From Gemmatimonadaceae bacterium (lineage in GTDB: Bacteria; Gemmatimonadota; Gemmatimonadetes; Gemmatimonadales; Gemmatimonadaceae), in contig JBBDYC010000007.1 in NCBI GenBank assembly GCA_040901985.1, positions 1 through 64,000 of the forward strand: 64,000 bases of DNA, read 5' to 3'. Below the pieces are notes generated by a model. That model was not told the DNA's origin. It did no database searches and saw only the letters and a program-made list of their open reading frames with translations. Of this stretch, positions 31,812 through 43,116 are shown piece by piece (positions within the stretch are counted from its first letter, which is position 1; the number at the start of each line of letters is the position of its first letter). Made by a program: the position numbers and the translations under genes.

Positions 31812-33133
31812 CGCTGCGCCGGAAGCCTTGCCGAGCCCGGCGCGCCGACGACCGTCGTCAGGGAGCGGTGGCCGTTGGCCCCCACCGCGCGCACGCCGAC
31901 CCAGACGTCGTCCAACTGCTCGTCGAGGAGGAAACTCGTGACGTTTCCCACGGCGACGATCCGCGTGTACGTCGGCGCCGTCGTCCGGCGGACGAGGAGA
32001 TCGTAGGAGACCGCGCCCGGGACCGGGTCCCAGCGGATTGTGAAACTCTGGCCGCCCGACGCCCGGTCGCGTTGGTACCCGGTCCGCGCCGGCCGCGCCG
32101 GTGCCGCCGCCAGGGCAACCACCGTCGCCAGATTCAGCCGCGCGACCTTGGCGACGTACGAGAAGTCCACGTGCTCGAGGACGTCGGTCGGCAGGTGCTG
32201 GCGCTTGTAGTTCTCCAGCCGCTCGGAGAAGCGCAGGGCGGGGAGGCCCTGGCGATGGAAGGGCGCGTGGTCGCCTCCGCGGCCGAGCCGATCGAGCCGG
32301 AACACCGGGACGACCTCGAACGCCGGTTGGTAGAGCGCGCCGATCCCCCAGACGTAGCGCGCGAGCTCGCTGCCGCCGAGTGCGAGCGAGTCCACCGCGA
32401 AGACGCGCACCGACGTGGAGTCCACCCGCCCGTCATCCGCCACGACGTTGCCCACGATGTCGTCGGTAAAGGCGGCCGTGACCGTCTTGCCCTCGCGTTG
32501 GAGGCGCCCGGCGAAGATCGTCGAGCCGAGCAGTCCGAGTTCCTCGCCGGTGTAGAGGACGAACGCGATGCTCGTCTCGAGTCCCTCCGGGAAGCGCCGG
32601 CCGACCACGCGCGCGAGTTCCATCACCGCGACCGTCCCCGACCCATCGTCGTCGGCGCCGGGCGCGTCCGATTCGGCGTCCAAGCTGCTGATGGAGCAGA
32701 TGCACGAATCGAAGTGCCCACCGATCACGACGACGCGCGACGTGTCGCGGCCGGGCAGCCACGCGACGACGTTCACCAGGTGCCAGGTCGGTCGGTCGGG
32801 ATGGCGGGTGATGACCGCGCTCCCGGTATCGTACTCGACGCGGAGGCAGCCGCCGCAGTCGGCCGAGAACTGGGTGAGCTGCGCGTGGATCCAGCGCCGC
32901 GCCGCGCCGATCCCCCGCGTCCCCGAGAGCGTATCGCTCAGCGTGTGCCGCGTCCCGAACGCGACGAGCGCCGAGTCCATCGCCCGCAGCCGCGCCGGCG
33001 AGACCTCCGCCATCGCCTCGACGATCCGCGCGTCGCGCGCGAACCCAAGCGTCCCCTGCGCGCCGAGCGCGCGCGCACCGGCCGTCAGCGCGGGGAGCGA
33101 AAGGAGTACGAGGGCAAGGACCAAACGCATCAT
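31808..33133 (-). CDS. M28 family metallopeptidase, secreted
   Basis: Signal peptide, GGHFDS, GADDDGSG, GEELGLLGS, GDHAPF. Confidence 0.9.
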   Translation of the reverse strand: MMRLVLALVLLSLPALTAGARALGAQGTLGFARDARIVEAMAEVSPARLRAMDSALVAFGTRHTLSDTLSGTRGIGAARRWIHAQLTQFSADCGGCLRVEYDTGSAVITRHPDRPTWHLVNVVAWLPGRDTSRVVVIGGHFDSCICSISSLDAESDAPGADDDGSGTVAVMELARVVGRRFPEGLETSIAFVLYTGEELGLLGSTIFAGRLQREGKTVTAAFTDDIVGNVVADDGRVDSTSVRVFAVDSLALGGSELARYVWGIGALYQPAFEVVPVFRLDRLGRGGDHAPFHRQGLPALRFSERLENYKRQHLPTDVLEHVDFSYVAKVARLNLATVVALAAAPARPARTGYQRDRASGGQSFTIRWDPVPGAVSYDLLVRRTTAPTYTRIVAVGNVTSFLLDEQLDDVWVGVRAVGANGHRSLTTVVGAPGSARLPAQR

Positions 33134-33154
33134 CGCGAATGCCGTGGCGGCCGT

Positions 33155-33194
33155 CACCTCACACCTCACACCTCACACCTCACACCTCACACCT
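33155..33194 (+). repeat. Perfect heptamer tandem repeat CACCTCA, 5.7 copies
   Basis: Directly visible, intergenic. Confidence 0.95.
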
Positions 33195-33198
33195 GTCG

Positions 33199-33663
33199 TT
33201 AGAACATTGACATCGCAAGGAACGACCGCAGCGAATCGTTGGTCGCCCGGAGGCGGCCCGAGAGCAGCCGCACGCAGCTCCAGAGGATCTTGTACGCCAT
33301 CTCGCGGTTGAAGTCGAGCAGCAGCTCGAAGTCGCTGCGCGAGATCGTGAGCACCTTGGTGCCGCCGTTGGAGATCGCGTCCGTGGAGCGCTCGCTGCGG
33401 TCGAAGACCGACATCTCGCCAAAGAGCGCGCCGGGCTTGAGGACCGCGAGGGCTTCCTCGCCGCTCCCCGGCACGACGCGGGAGATGCGCACGTCGCCCT
33501 CGACGATGAGGTAGAGCCGGCTGCCGGCCTCGCCTTCCTTGAAGATGTACTCGCCCGAGACGAAGTCCTTGGTGCGGCACACCTCCGCGACGCGCGCCAG
33601 CTCGCCGTCGTCGAGGTCCTGGAAGATCGCAACGCCGCGCAAGAGCGCGACTGTGTCCGGCAT
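33199..33663 (-). CDS. Stand-alone cyclic nucleotide-binding domain protein
   Basis: IFKEGE, LYLIVEG, FGEMSVFDRSERSTDA; no HTH. Confidence 0.88.
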   Translation of the reverse strand: MPDTVALLRGVAIFQDLDDGELARVAEVCRTKDFVSGEYIFKEGEAGSRLYLIVEGDVRISRVVPGSGEEALAVLKPGALFGEMSVFDRSERSTDAISNGGTKVLTISRSDFELLLDFNREMAYKILWSCVRLLSGRLRATNDSLRSFLAMSMF

Positions 33664-33770
33664 CGGGACCTCGGGAGCGGAGCGAAGAGTGAACAAGCCG
33701 AAGCTACCGGGGCGTTCCGGCACTCGCAAGTTGCTGTGCTGCTTGGGGCTGCGGCGATACTTTACCCGGA

Positions 33771-34289
33771 ATGCGCGGGAACGGACTTGAGCTCTGCCTG
33801 GTCGCGGCGGCCCTGGCCACGGTGGCCGCGGCCGCCACGCCGCCGGCCGCGGCCGCGCAGGGCGCCGAGCGTCCCGGGCTGATGCCACAATGGGAGGTCC
33901 GGCTCGACGCGACCAGCGCGCGCGCCCCGGCTGTGCACGCGGGGGCGGGGCTCAACGTGCGTGCCGGCCTGTATGCGAGGGTCGGCCTTGCCGCCGCGCT
34001 CGGCGGCGCGCGCGCCACCGACGATCGCTGGGACGTCAGCCAGCGCCTCGACCTCACGGTTCGGTTCCTCCTCGATCCGTTCGACGAGCGGCGGTTCGGG
34101 CTCTACGGCGGCGCGGGCGTCGGCGCGCGGCGCGATGGGTCCGATCAGGTCGTGGGAAGCCTGCTCCTCGTAGCCGGGGTCGAGGGAGGCGGCACCCGCG
34201 GACCGCGGCTGGCGGTCGAACTCGGGCTCGGGGGCGGTGCCCGCCTCGGCGTGGTGTTGCGGGGGCGTCGGGCGGGCCAGACCCGCTGA
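33771..34289 (+). CDS. Hypothetical exported beta-rich (outer-membrane barrel-like) protein
   Basis: Signal-like N-terminus and alternating beta strands (LYGGAGVG). Confidence 0.55.
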   Translation: MRGNGLELCLVAAALATVAAAATPPAAAAQGAERPGLMPQWEVRLDATSARAPAVHAGAGLNVRAGLYARVGLAAALGGARATDDRWDVSQRLDLTVRFLLDPFDERRFGLYGGAGVGARRDGSDQVVGSLLLVAGVEGGGTRGPRLAVELGLGGGARLGVVLRGRRAGQTR

Positions 34290-34328
34290 TGCGACGAGGC
34301 CCCGACCGTGTTGGCCGGGGCCCCGCCG

Positions 34329-34607
34329 TCAGCCATTCACTGTCTCGGCAGCCGCGGCGGCCGCCTTCTGCGTCGGCGCCGCAAACCGCTCGCCAAGTAC
34401 CCGAAGCTCCGCGACCTGCTTCTTGCTCAACTCGTGGTAGCGTTCGCCAAGGTAGGCCATCGTCTCGTCGAACCACTCGGCCTGATGCGCCGGGTCGGAG
34501 CCGATCACGCCACACCGCATCACATGTTGGAACATCTCATCGCGCGCCTGGTCGAACGGCGACGGCGGGGCGGCCACTGGGCGACCGCGGGGTTTCTGTC
34601 TGCTCAT
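34329..34607 (-). CDS. Hypothetical protein
   Basis: 92 aa with host-like codon usage. Confidence 0.7.
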   Translation of the reverse strand: MSRQKPRGRPVAAPPSPFDQARDEMFQHVMRCGVIGSDPAHQAEWFDETMAYLGERYHELSKKQVAELRVLGERFAAPTQKAAAAAAETVNG

Positions 34608-34772
34608 CTCTTCCGGTTCGAGGTTTTTTGTGCTCCGCGCGGGTGCCCCGCGCGCTCCTCAGAAAGGTAACCGGGTGACGGGCAATCCCAAACCCCACGC
34701 CTACCGTCGGCGCGTGGGAGGAGTAGCTTGCGGGGGTCCGCCCATTTCGTGTCCTACGGGAGAGCATCCGCC

Positions 34773-35492
34773 GTGGCTACCAAGAAGCCCGCCTCGTCCA
34801 AGAACTTCACTGTGATCCTCGTCGTCGTCGGCCTTGCCGGCGTCGCGATTCTCGGCTGGGCGACCACCCGGCCGGTGAAGACGCTTGTCCTCGACCCCGC
34901 CGCACTCCCCCGGGTCGCCGCCGCCGGCATCCTCAAGGGCGATCCGAACGCGCCGGTGCAGGTCGTCGAATTCGCCGACTTCGAGTGCCCGGGCTGCGGC
35001 TATTACGCGACCGTCACCGGCCCCGACGTCGCGCGACTCCTCGTGGAGACCGGCGAGATCTCGTTCCGCTTCGTTGACCTTCCCCTTTCGGGGCACCTGA
35101 ACTCCGTCGCCGCGCACAACGCCGCGCACTGCGCCCACGAGCAGGGGAAGTTCTGGGAGATGCACGACCGCATCTTCAACGGGCAGCACGAGTGGAACAC
35201 CCAGGCGACGCGCGCCCCGAAAAAGGTCCTCGAGCGCTATGCGCGCGCGGTCGGCGTGGATATCGCCCAATGGAACGAGTGCTACGACTCCGAGCGAATG
35301 TTGCCGCAGATCCTTGCGAATCGCACCGAGGCCGAGCGGCTCCGCGTCAGCTCGACGCCGACCTTCCTGATCGGCAATCGGATGGTGCCGGGAAACGTCT
35401 CGTACGACCAGTTCCGCGCCTACGTGCTCGAGGCGAAGGTGGCGGCGGCGATGCGGCAGCCGGGCGATCGGGCGACCGTCCCGGTCCCGTAG
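34773..35492 (+). CDS. DsbA/BdbD-like thiol-disulfide oxidoreductase
   Basis: TM anchor, GDPNAPV, EFADFECPGC, TPTF. Confidence 0.9.
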   Translation: MATKKPASSKNFTVILVVVGLAGVAILGWATTRPVKTLVLDPAALPRVAAAGILKGDPNAPVQVVEFADFECPGCGYYATVTGPDVARLLVETGEISFRFVDLPLSGHLNSVAAHNAAHCAHEQGKFWEMHDRIFNGQHEWNTQATRAPKKVLERYARAVGVDIAQWNECYDSERMLPQILANRTEAERLRVSSTPTFLIGNRMVPGNVSYDQFRAYVLEAKVAAAMRQPGDRATVPVP

Positions 35493-35495
35493 CCC

Positions 35496-37460
<1,965 letters not shown>

Positions 37461-37654
37461 CCGCGAATTGTAGGTCGCGGTGACGGGGGTGGCCACCGCG
37501 CGATCGCCAAGGCCAAATCGTCGAATTGCCAAGAATCCATACAGCGCCTTGTTTTTCGCCACAAGCGACGCAAGGCACCATATATTTGCCCAACATCACC
37601 CTGTGATATCGCTATAAGTCATTGTCATATAGCCAGTTACAAGCAGTCAGCACG

Positions 37655-37670
37655 CGGCACGACTCTGGCT
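37655..37670 (+). promoter_or_regulatory. Candidate sigma54 -24/-12 promoter
   Basis: CGGCACGACTCTGGCT (GG-N10-GC) in an AT-rich intergenic region. Confidence 0.5.
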
Positions 37671-37794
37671 ATTCTATGTGGTCACAACCGCAGGATGCCA
37701 CACCGACAAGAGCACACCCATCGCGCCGTTCACGGCACACCGGAAGCGGGACGCCTGGATGTCGGAACGGCTCTCCCCTGCGAGGAGGAGCGTG

Positions 37795-38124
37795 ATGACG
37801 AACCAGGAATCCTTCGACGTGGAGAAAGTCGTGCAGCCCTTCGTTGCCCCGAGTCACCTGACGGCCGATTGTCGGCTGGAGTTCCGTCGCGCGGCGCTGG
37901 ATGCCCTCGACGCCGCCGTGCGCGCCGGGGAGCGCGCCGTCGAGGTGGACCTCGGTGCCACGGTCGAGATTGACCCCAGCGGCCTCGGCGTCCTGATCCT
38001 GCTGCAGAAGCGCTCGCGGGAGCGTGGGCTGGCGACGCGCCTCATCAACGTCCCGCACATCGTGGACCAGCTGCTCATCGTGACGAACCTTGAGTCGCTC
38101 TTCGAGGTGGTGCGCGCTCGGTGA
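37795..38124 (+). CDS. STAS domain protein
   Basis: VDLGATVEIDPSGLGVLI; strong RBS GAGGAGGAG. Confidence 0.85.
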   Translation: MTNQESFDVEKVVQPFVAPSHLTADCRLEFRRAALDALDAAVRAGERAVEVDLGATVEIDPSGLGVLILLQKRSRERGLATRLINVPHIVDQLLIVTNLESLFEVVRAR

Positions 38125-38157
38125 TGCGGACGGGGGCCAGACGACGTACCGTTCACG

Positions 38158-38700
38158 ATGATTCATCCTTGGAAGGATCTCGCGCCCGGGCGGACGCCAC
38201 CCGAGATCGTCACGGCGGTAATCGAGATTCCGCAGGGCGCGCGGAACAAGTACGAGCTCGACAAGGAGTCGGGGCTCTTCCGGCTCGACCGCGTTCTCTA
38301 CTCGGCGGTGCACTATCCCGGCGACTACGGGTTGATCCCGCGCACGCTGCACGAGGACAACGACCCGCTCGACGTCCTGGTGATGATCAAGGAGTCGACG
38401 TTCACCGGCTGCCTGATGGACGTGCGCCCGGTGGGGGTGCTCAAGATGCTCGACCGCGGCGAGCCGGACGACAAGATCCTCGCCGTCCCGGTGAACGACC
38501 CGCAGCACGGCGAATACTTCGACATCGCCGACCTCCCGGCGCACTACCTCAAGGAGATCGAACACTTCTTCGCGATCTACAAGGACCTCGAAGGGCGGCG
38601 GGTGGAGGTCGTCGGATGGGAGAAGAGCGAGGTGGCGATGCAGGTGATCACCGAGAGCATCGTGCGCTACGCGGACGCGTACCTGGCGCAGGGACCGTAG
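38158..38700 (+). CDS. ppa: Inorganic pyrophosphatase, family I
   Basis: KYELDK, DNDPLDV, DDKILAV, FFAIYKDLE. Confidence 0.96.
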   Translation: MIHPWKDLAPGRTPPEIVTAVIEIPQGARNKYELDKESGLFRLDRVLYSAVHYPGDYGLIPRTLHEDNDPLDVLVMIKESTFTGCLMDVRPVGVLKMLDRGEPDDKILAVPVNDPQHGEYFDIADLPAHYLKEIEHFFAIYKDLEGRRVEVVGWEKSEVAMQVITESIVRYADAYLAQGP

Positions 38701-38749
38701 GAACGGCGGGGAGCGGCGAACGCCGGCGCGCGCGGTTCGACCTCGCAGT

Positions 38750-39226
38750 TCATTGCGCCCAACGGCCGTAGCCGCCCCGGTGATAGATCAGGGGCTCGCC
38801 GTCACGGACCGTCGTGGCGACCACCTCGCCGACCAGGATCGTGTGGTCCCCGCCCGGGTGTCGCGCCTCCGTCCGGCACTCGATGTGGGCCAAGGCGCCG
38901 TCGAGCAGGGGGATGCCCTGCCGTCCCCGCGTGAACGGCACACCGTCAAAGCGGTCCACCTCGCGCTCGGCGAAGCGTCGGGAAATCGGCTCCTGGTCCG
39001 CCGCGAGGATGTTGACCGCGAAGTGCATCGTGCGGTCGAGCACCGGCGCCACCGAGGCGCCGTGGTCCACGCAGAGGAGGATCAACGGCGGCGCGAGCGA
39101 GAGGGCGCTGAAGGCGCTGACCGTCATCCCGACGTCGCGGCCGTCGTCGTCGCGCGCGGTGACGACGGTGACGCCGGAGGCGAAGCGGCCGAGCGCGGCG
39201 CGAAAGAGCGAAGGGTCCACGGACAC
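38750..39226 (-). CDS. Flavin reductase family protein
   Basis: FRAALGRFASGVTVVT, GMTVSAF, GGDH. Confidence 0.92.
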   Translation of the reverse strand: MSVDPSLFRAALGRFASGVTVVTARDDDGRDVGMTVSAFSALSLAPPLILLCVDHGASVAPVLDRTMHFAVNILAADQEPISRRFAEREVDRFDGVPFTRGRQGIPLLDGALAHIECRTEARHPGGDHTILVGEVVATTVRDGEPLIYHRGGYGRWAQ

Positions 39227-39242
39227 GGCCCGTAAGATCGCC

Positions 39243-40007
39243 CTAGCGCCAGGCGGCCGCGACTCCAAGCGCCGCCGCGCCGCCGATCAGCGTGGCGCAG
39301 AGGTTGACCGCATCGTTCGTCATCCAGGCAATCCCGCTCGCGTGGCGCGTCGGCGCGCCGCACCGGTGCGTGGCACGCTCGGTCCACGTGGCGCAGGCGT
39401 CGCAGCGGCGGCGCGCCTGGATGGTGGCCCCCAGCAGACTGTCGCCAAGGCTTCCTGCGACGCCGCCAATTGTCACTGCCACGAGGGCGACCGCCGCCGT
39501 GACGCCGAGCGGCGCGAGCAGCAGGGTGGCTGCGGCGGCAACGGCGAGCGCCCCGGCGGCGCTTGCCGCGAGCCCGGCCGCGGTGATCCCGCCGGACGTT
39601 CCCGGCTCGACGGGCGCCCAGGTCAGCACCGACCGCGGCGCGCCGCCCCAGAGCAGCCCGACCTCCGTCGCCCAGGTGTCCGCCGTTGCGGCGGCGAGGG
39701 CGCCGAGCGCGCCGAGGGCTGCCAACGCCGCGCGCTCGTCGCCGCCGAGCGCGACGAGCATCGCCCCGAGCGCAAAGACGCCGCCATTCGCGGCGACCTG
39801 CGTCGCGCTGCGTGCGGCCGTCGGCGCGAGGACGCTCGCCGCGCGTGCGGCCTTCGTCGCCCGGCCGAGCTGCGTCAGGAGACTCGACACGATGAAGTAC
39901 CCGAGGAGCAACGCCACCCACCCCCAGCCGGCGAGCGCGGCGGCCGTGCCGACGACGAGTGCGGCCCACCGTCCGCCGCGCGTGAGCCACCGAGGAGGGA
40001 TCGGCAT
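39243..40007 (-). CDS. DUF92 membrane protein
   Basis: QVAANG, ADTWATEVG, GTSGGIT, DSLLGA, NDAVN. Confidence 0.88.
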   Translation of the reverse strand: MPIPPRWLTRGGRWAALVVGTAAALAGWGWVALLLGYFIVSSLLTQLGRATKAARAASVLAPTAARSATQVAANGGVFALGAMLVALGGDERAALAALGALGALAAATADTWATEVGLLWGGAPRSVLTWAPVEPGTSGGITAAGLAASAAGALAVAAAATLLLAPLGVTAAVALVAVTIGGVAGSLGDSLLGATIQARRRCDACATWTERATHRCGAPTRHASGIAWMTNDAVNLCATLIGGAAALGVAAAWR

Positions 40008-40077
40008 ACCTCGTCAGAAGCTATGTGCGGCGATTACCTTCCGCCCCTGCAGTGGTTCCACCACCGCTTCCGACGCG

Positions 40078-40698
40078 ATGACCCCCACCCTCGATCCGCT
40101 GATCCCGCTCGTCCTGCTCGAGGCCGTCCGCACCGTGGATCTTCCGGAGGGCGAGCTCGAGGCGGAGTTTGTCGAGGAACTCCGCTCCAAGCGGTTCGGG
40201 CTCAGCGACACGGTGCTGGCGCAGATCCGCCGGTATCGCGAGGCGGTCAAGCGGAGCCAGCGGCCGCCGACCGACGAAGCCATCGGGATCGCGCGCCTGA
40301 TCGGGCGTCGCGCCGACGCCGAGGCGGTCTTCCGCGAGGCCGGGCGGATGGTGGCGCGTCAGACGTACGCGCGCGTGGCCGCCCCGACCCGCCGCCTGCT
40401 GCTGATCCTCCCCGCGCTCTTCGCGCGGCCGCTCGCGCTCCGCCAGATCCGGCGGATCAGCGAGCGCTACCTGGGCGGCAAGGTCTGGCGCGTCGGCGCG
40501 TCCATCCACCTTGAGGTGCGCGAGTCGGTCACCCGCGACACGGCGCCCAAGCTCGCCGGCTGCACCTTCTACGAGGCGGCGCTGCGCGAGCTGATGCAGC
40601 GCCTTGTGGCCGGCGTTGGTGCGGTGGAGCACGTCCGCTGCGGCACCCGCGGCGAAGGCACCTGTGAGTGGCGCGCCGCGTGGCGCGGCTCGCGCTGA
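40078..40698 (+). CDS. Hypothetical protein with C-terminal V4R-like domain
   Basis: CTFYEA...VEHVRCGTRGEGTCEW. Confidence 0.65.
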   Translation: MTPTLDPLIPLVLLEAVRTVDLPEGELEAEFVEELRSKRFGLSDTVLAQIRRYREAVKRSQRPPTDEAIGIARLIGRRADAEAVFREAGRMVARQTYARVAAPTRRLLLILPALFARPLALRQIRRISERYLGGKVWRVGASIHLEVRESVTRDTAPKLAGCTFYEAALRELMQRLVAGVGAVEHVRCGTRGEGTCEWRAAWRGSR

Positions 40699-40702
40699 CG
40701 CG

Positions 40703-41902
40703 ATGCTGACGCCGGCGACGCTCGCCGAACTGCAGTCGGCGCTCCGCGCGGCGGGGCTCGACGGGTGGCTGCTCTACGACTTCCGAGGCCTGAACCCGGT
40801 CGCCGGCGCCCTGCTCGGAATTCGCGGACTGGTCACGCGCCGAATCTTCGCCTGGATCCCCGCGACGGGCACGCCGACGGCGATCACGCACGCAATCGAA
40901 CAGGGCCCCTGGGTGGACTGGCCCGCCGCGTGGGACCGGAAGGTGTACAGCGCGTGGCGCGAGCTCGAGGCGTTGCTCCCGCCGCTCGTCCGCGGCAGGC
41001 GGATCGCGATGGAGTACTCGCCCGGCGATGCCGTCCCGGTGGTGGACCGGATCCCGGCCGGTGTCCTCGAGCTCGTCCGCGCCAGCGGCGCCGAGGTGGT
41101 GACGAGCGGCGAGCTGGTGACGCAGTTCTTTGCCGTGTGGAGCGCCGCCGAGGTTGCCTCCCACCGCCGCAACGCGGAGTTGCTTCGCGCGCTGGCGCTC
41201 GCGGCCTTCGCGCGGGTCGGCGACGCCGTCCGCGCCGGGACGCCGATCCACGAACACGACGTGAAGGCGTGGCTCCTCGCCCAGTTCGAGGCGAACGGCG
41301 TCTGGACGGACCACGGCCCGATCATCGCGGCGACGGAGAACGCGGCCGACCCACACTACGAGCCGACGCCGGAGCGGCCGCGTCCGTTTCGCCAGGGCGA
41401 TGTGGTGCTGATTGACCTGTTCGCGACGGACGTCGGCCAGCCGCCGGGCGCGATGTGGGCCGACCAGACGTGGATGGCGGTGATCGGCACGCCGACGGCG
41501 CGGCAGCGCGAGGTCTGGGCGTCGATCCGCGACGCGCGCGACGCGGCCATCACCCTCCTCACCGAGCGACTCGCCGGCGCCACGCCGGTCCGCGGCGGCG
41601 AGGCCGACGCCGCCGCGCGCGCGGTGATCGAGCAGCGCGGATTCGGGAAGCACTTCACCCACCGCACCGGCCACTCGATTGACGCCCGCGGGCTTCACGG
41701 GATGGGCCCCAACATTGACGACCTCGAGACGCGCGACAATCGCCTGCTCGTACCGGGCGTCGGCTTCTCGATCGAGCCGGGCATCTACATCGCGGGCGAG
41801 GTCGGGATGCGAACCGAGGTGAACGCCTACGTGGCGGGGGAGGGGCTCGTCGTCACGCCGGCCGAGATCCAGCGCGACCTGATCGTCGTGCCGTCGTCGT
41901 GA
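40703..41902 (+). CDS. M24 family peptidase (Xaa-Pro-like)
   Basis: PHY, ADQT, HRTGHSI, SIEPGIY, RTE. Confidence 0.9.
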   Translation: MLTPATLAELQSALRAAGLDGWLLYDFRGLNPVAGALLGIRGLVTRRIFAWIPATGTPTAITHAIEQGPWVDWPAAWDRKVYSAWRELEALLPPLVRGRRIAMEYSPGDAVPVVDRIPAGVLELVRASGAEVVTSGELVTQFFAVWSAAEVASHRRNAELLRALALAAFARVGDAVRAGTPIHEHDVKAWLLAQFEANGVWTDHGPIIAATENAADPHYEPTPERPRPFRQGDVVLIDLFATDVGQPPGAMWADQTWMAVIGTPTARQREVWASIRDARDAAITLLTERLAGATPVRGGEADAAARAVIEQRGFGKHFTHRTGHSIDARGLHGMGPNIDDLETRDNRLLVPGVGFSIEPGIYIAGEVGMRTEVNAYVAGEGLVVTPAEIQRDLIVVPSS

Positions 41903-41909
41903 CGCTCGC

Positions 41910-42803
41910 TCAGGCCAGGCGTCGGTCCAGCGCCATCGAGACGAAGAGCAGCGCCAGGTAGAGGAGCGAGTACCCGTAGACCCACCACGACGGCTTGACG
42001 AAGTCGGCCGCCGCGCGCACACGCCAGACGCCGTACAGCAGCAGCGCGCCGAGGACCAGCGCGCTCGCCAGGTAGAGCCAGCCAAACGCCCCGAACGCCA
42101 CCGGGAGCACCGTGAGCGCGACGAGGAGGACGGAATACCACCACATCTGGTTGATCGTCTCGCGCTCGCCCCAGACGAGCGGCGCCATCGGCACGCCGGC
42201 GTCCCCGTAGTCGCGCTGCTTGTTGAGCGCGAGCGCCCAGAAATGGGGCGGCGTCCAATAGAAGATGATCAGGAAGAGGTACCACGCCGTGAGGTCGAGC
42301 GTCCCCGTCGTCGCCGCCCAGCCGACGAGGGGCGGGAAGGCCCCCGCCGCGCCGCCGATCACGATGTTCTGCGGCGATGAACGCTTGAGCCAGCGCGTGT
42401 AGACGAACACGTAAAAGTAGAAACCGGCCAGCGCGAGCGCGCCGGCGAGCACGTTCACGAAGGTCGCCAGTAGCCAGGTCGCCGCGGTCGCGAGCCCGAC
42501 GCCGAAGGCGAGCACGGCCGTGGCGTGCATACGCCTGCTGGGAATCGGCCGCATCCGGGTCCGCGCCATCACGTCGTCAATGTCGCGGTCCAGGTACATA
42601 TTCACCGCGTTGGCGCCACCGGCCATCAGGTAGCCGCCGATCACCACGAGGACGACGGTGCTCCAGGCGGGTACGCCGGCCACATACATCGGCGCGATGG
42701 TCGTGACGAGGAGCAGCGAGATGATGCGCGGCTTGGTCAGCGCGACCAGGTCGCGCAGCAGCGACGTGGGCTTGGCCGCGCTGGCCGTCGCCCAGTCGGT
42801 CAC
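41910..42803 (-). CDS. cyoE: Heme O synthase (protoheme IX farnesyltransferase)
   Basis: LTKPRII, DRDIDDVMARTRMRP, WTPPHFWALAL. Confidence 0.95.
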   Translation of the reverse strand: MTDWATASAAKPTSLLRDLVALTKPRIISLLLVTTIAPMYVAGVPAWSTVVLVVIGGYLMAGGANAVNMYLDRDIDDVMARTRMRPIPSRRMHATAVLAFGVGLATAATWLLATFVNVLAGALALAGFYFYVFVYTRWLKRSSPQNIVIGGAAGAFPPLVGWAATTGTLDLTAWYLFLIIFYWTPPHFWALALNKQRDYGDAGVPMAPLVWGERETINQMWWYSVLLVALTVLPVAFGAFGWLYLASALVLGALLLYGVWRVRAAADFVKPSWWVYGYSLLYLALLFVSMALDRRLA

Positions 42804-43057
42804 AGGCGGATGGAGGTCGGCGCCGGGCCGGTCAGGTCCACCTGGATCGTCGGCGGCGCCGTCGCCGCGCGCCACGAGAGCCAGAGGACCACGACGAGCA
42901 CGAGCGCGGGGGCGACGGCGAAGCCCCGCTCGAGCGCCGAGGGCGCGGCACCGCCCGCTCGCCAGGCCCGGGCGGTGGAACGCAGGATCATCGCCTGCGC
43001 GATGACGACCGCGGCGGCGGCAATCCAGAAGAGCGCGGTGACGAGCAGGGAAGGCAC
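42800..43057 (-). CDS. Small 2-TM protein resembling the cytochrome c oxidase subunit II TM region
   Basis: Two hydrophobic helices, ALERGFAVAPALVL; overlaps the cyoE start. Confidence 0.6.
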   Translation of the reverse strand: MPSLLVTALFWIAAAAVVIAQAMILRSTARAWRAGGAAPSALERGFAVAPALVLVVVLWLSWRAATAPPTIQVDLTGPAPTSIRL

Positions 43058-43116
43058 CGGCGAATTATCGCGCGTGGGGCTCCCCGGAGGGAGTCCCTGC
43101 CCATAGTTTCGCCGGG

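Noticed and set aside
33155..33194. Possible CRISPR array
   Set aside because: 7-bp tandem units with no spacers and no cas genes
37461..37790. Riboswitch or ncRNA in the long intergenic region
   Set aside because: No Rfam-like structure recognisable by eye; a cmscan search would be needed
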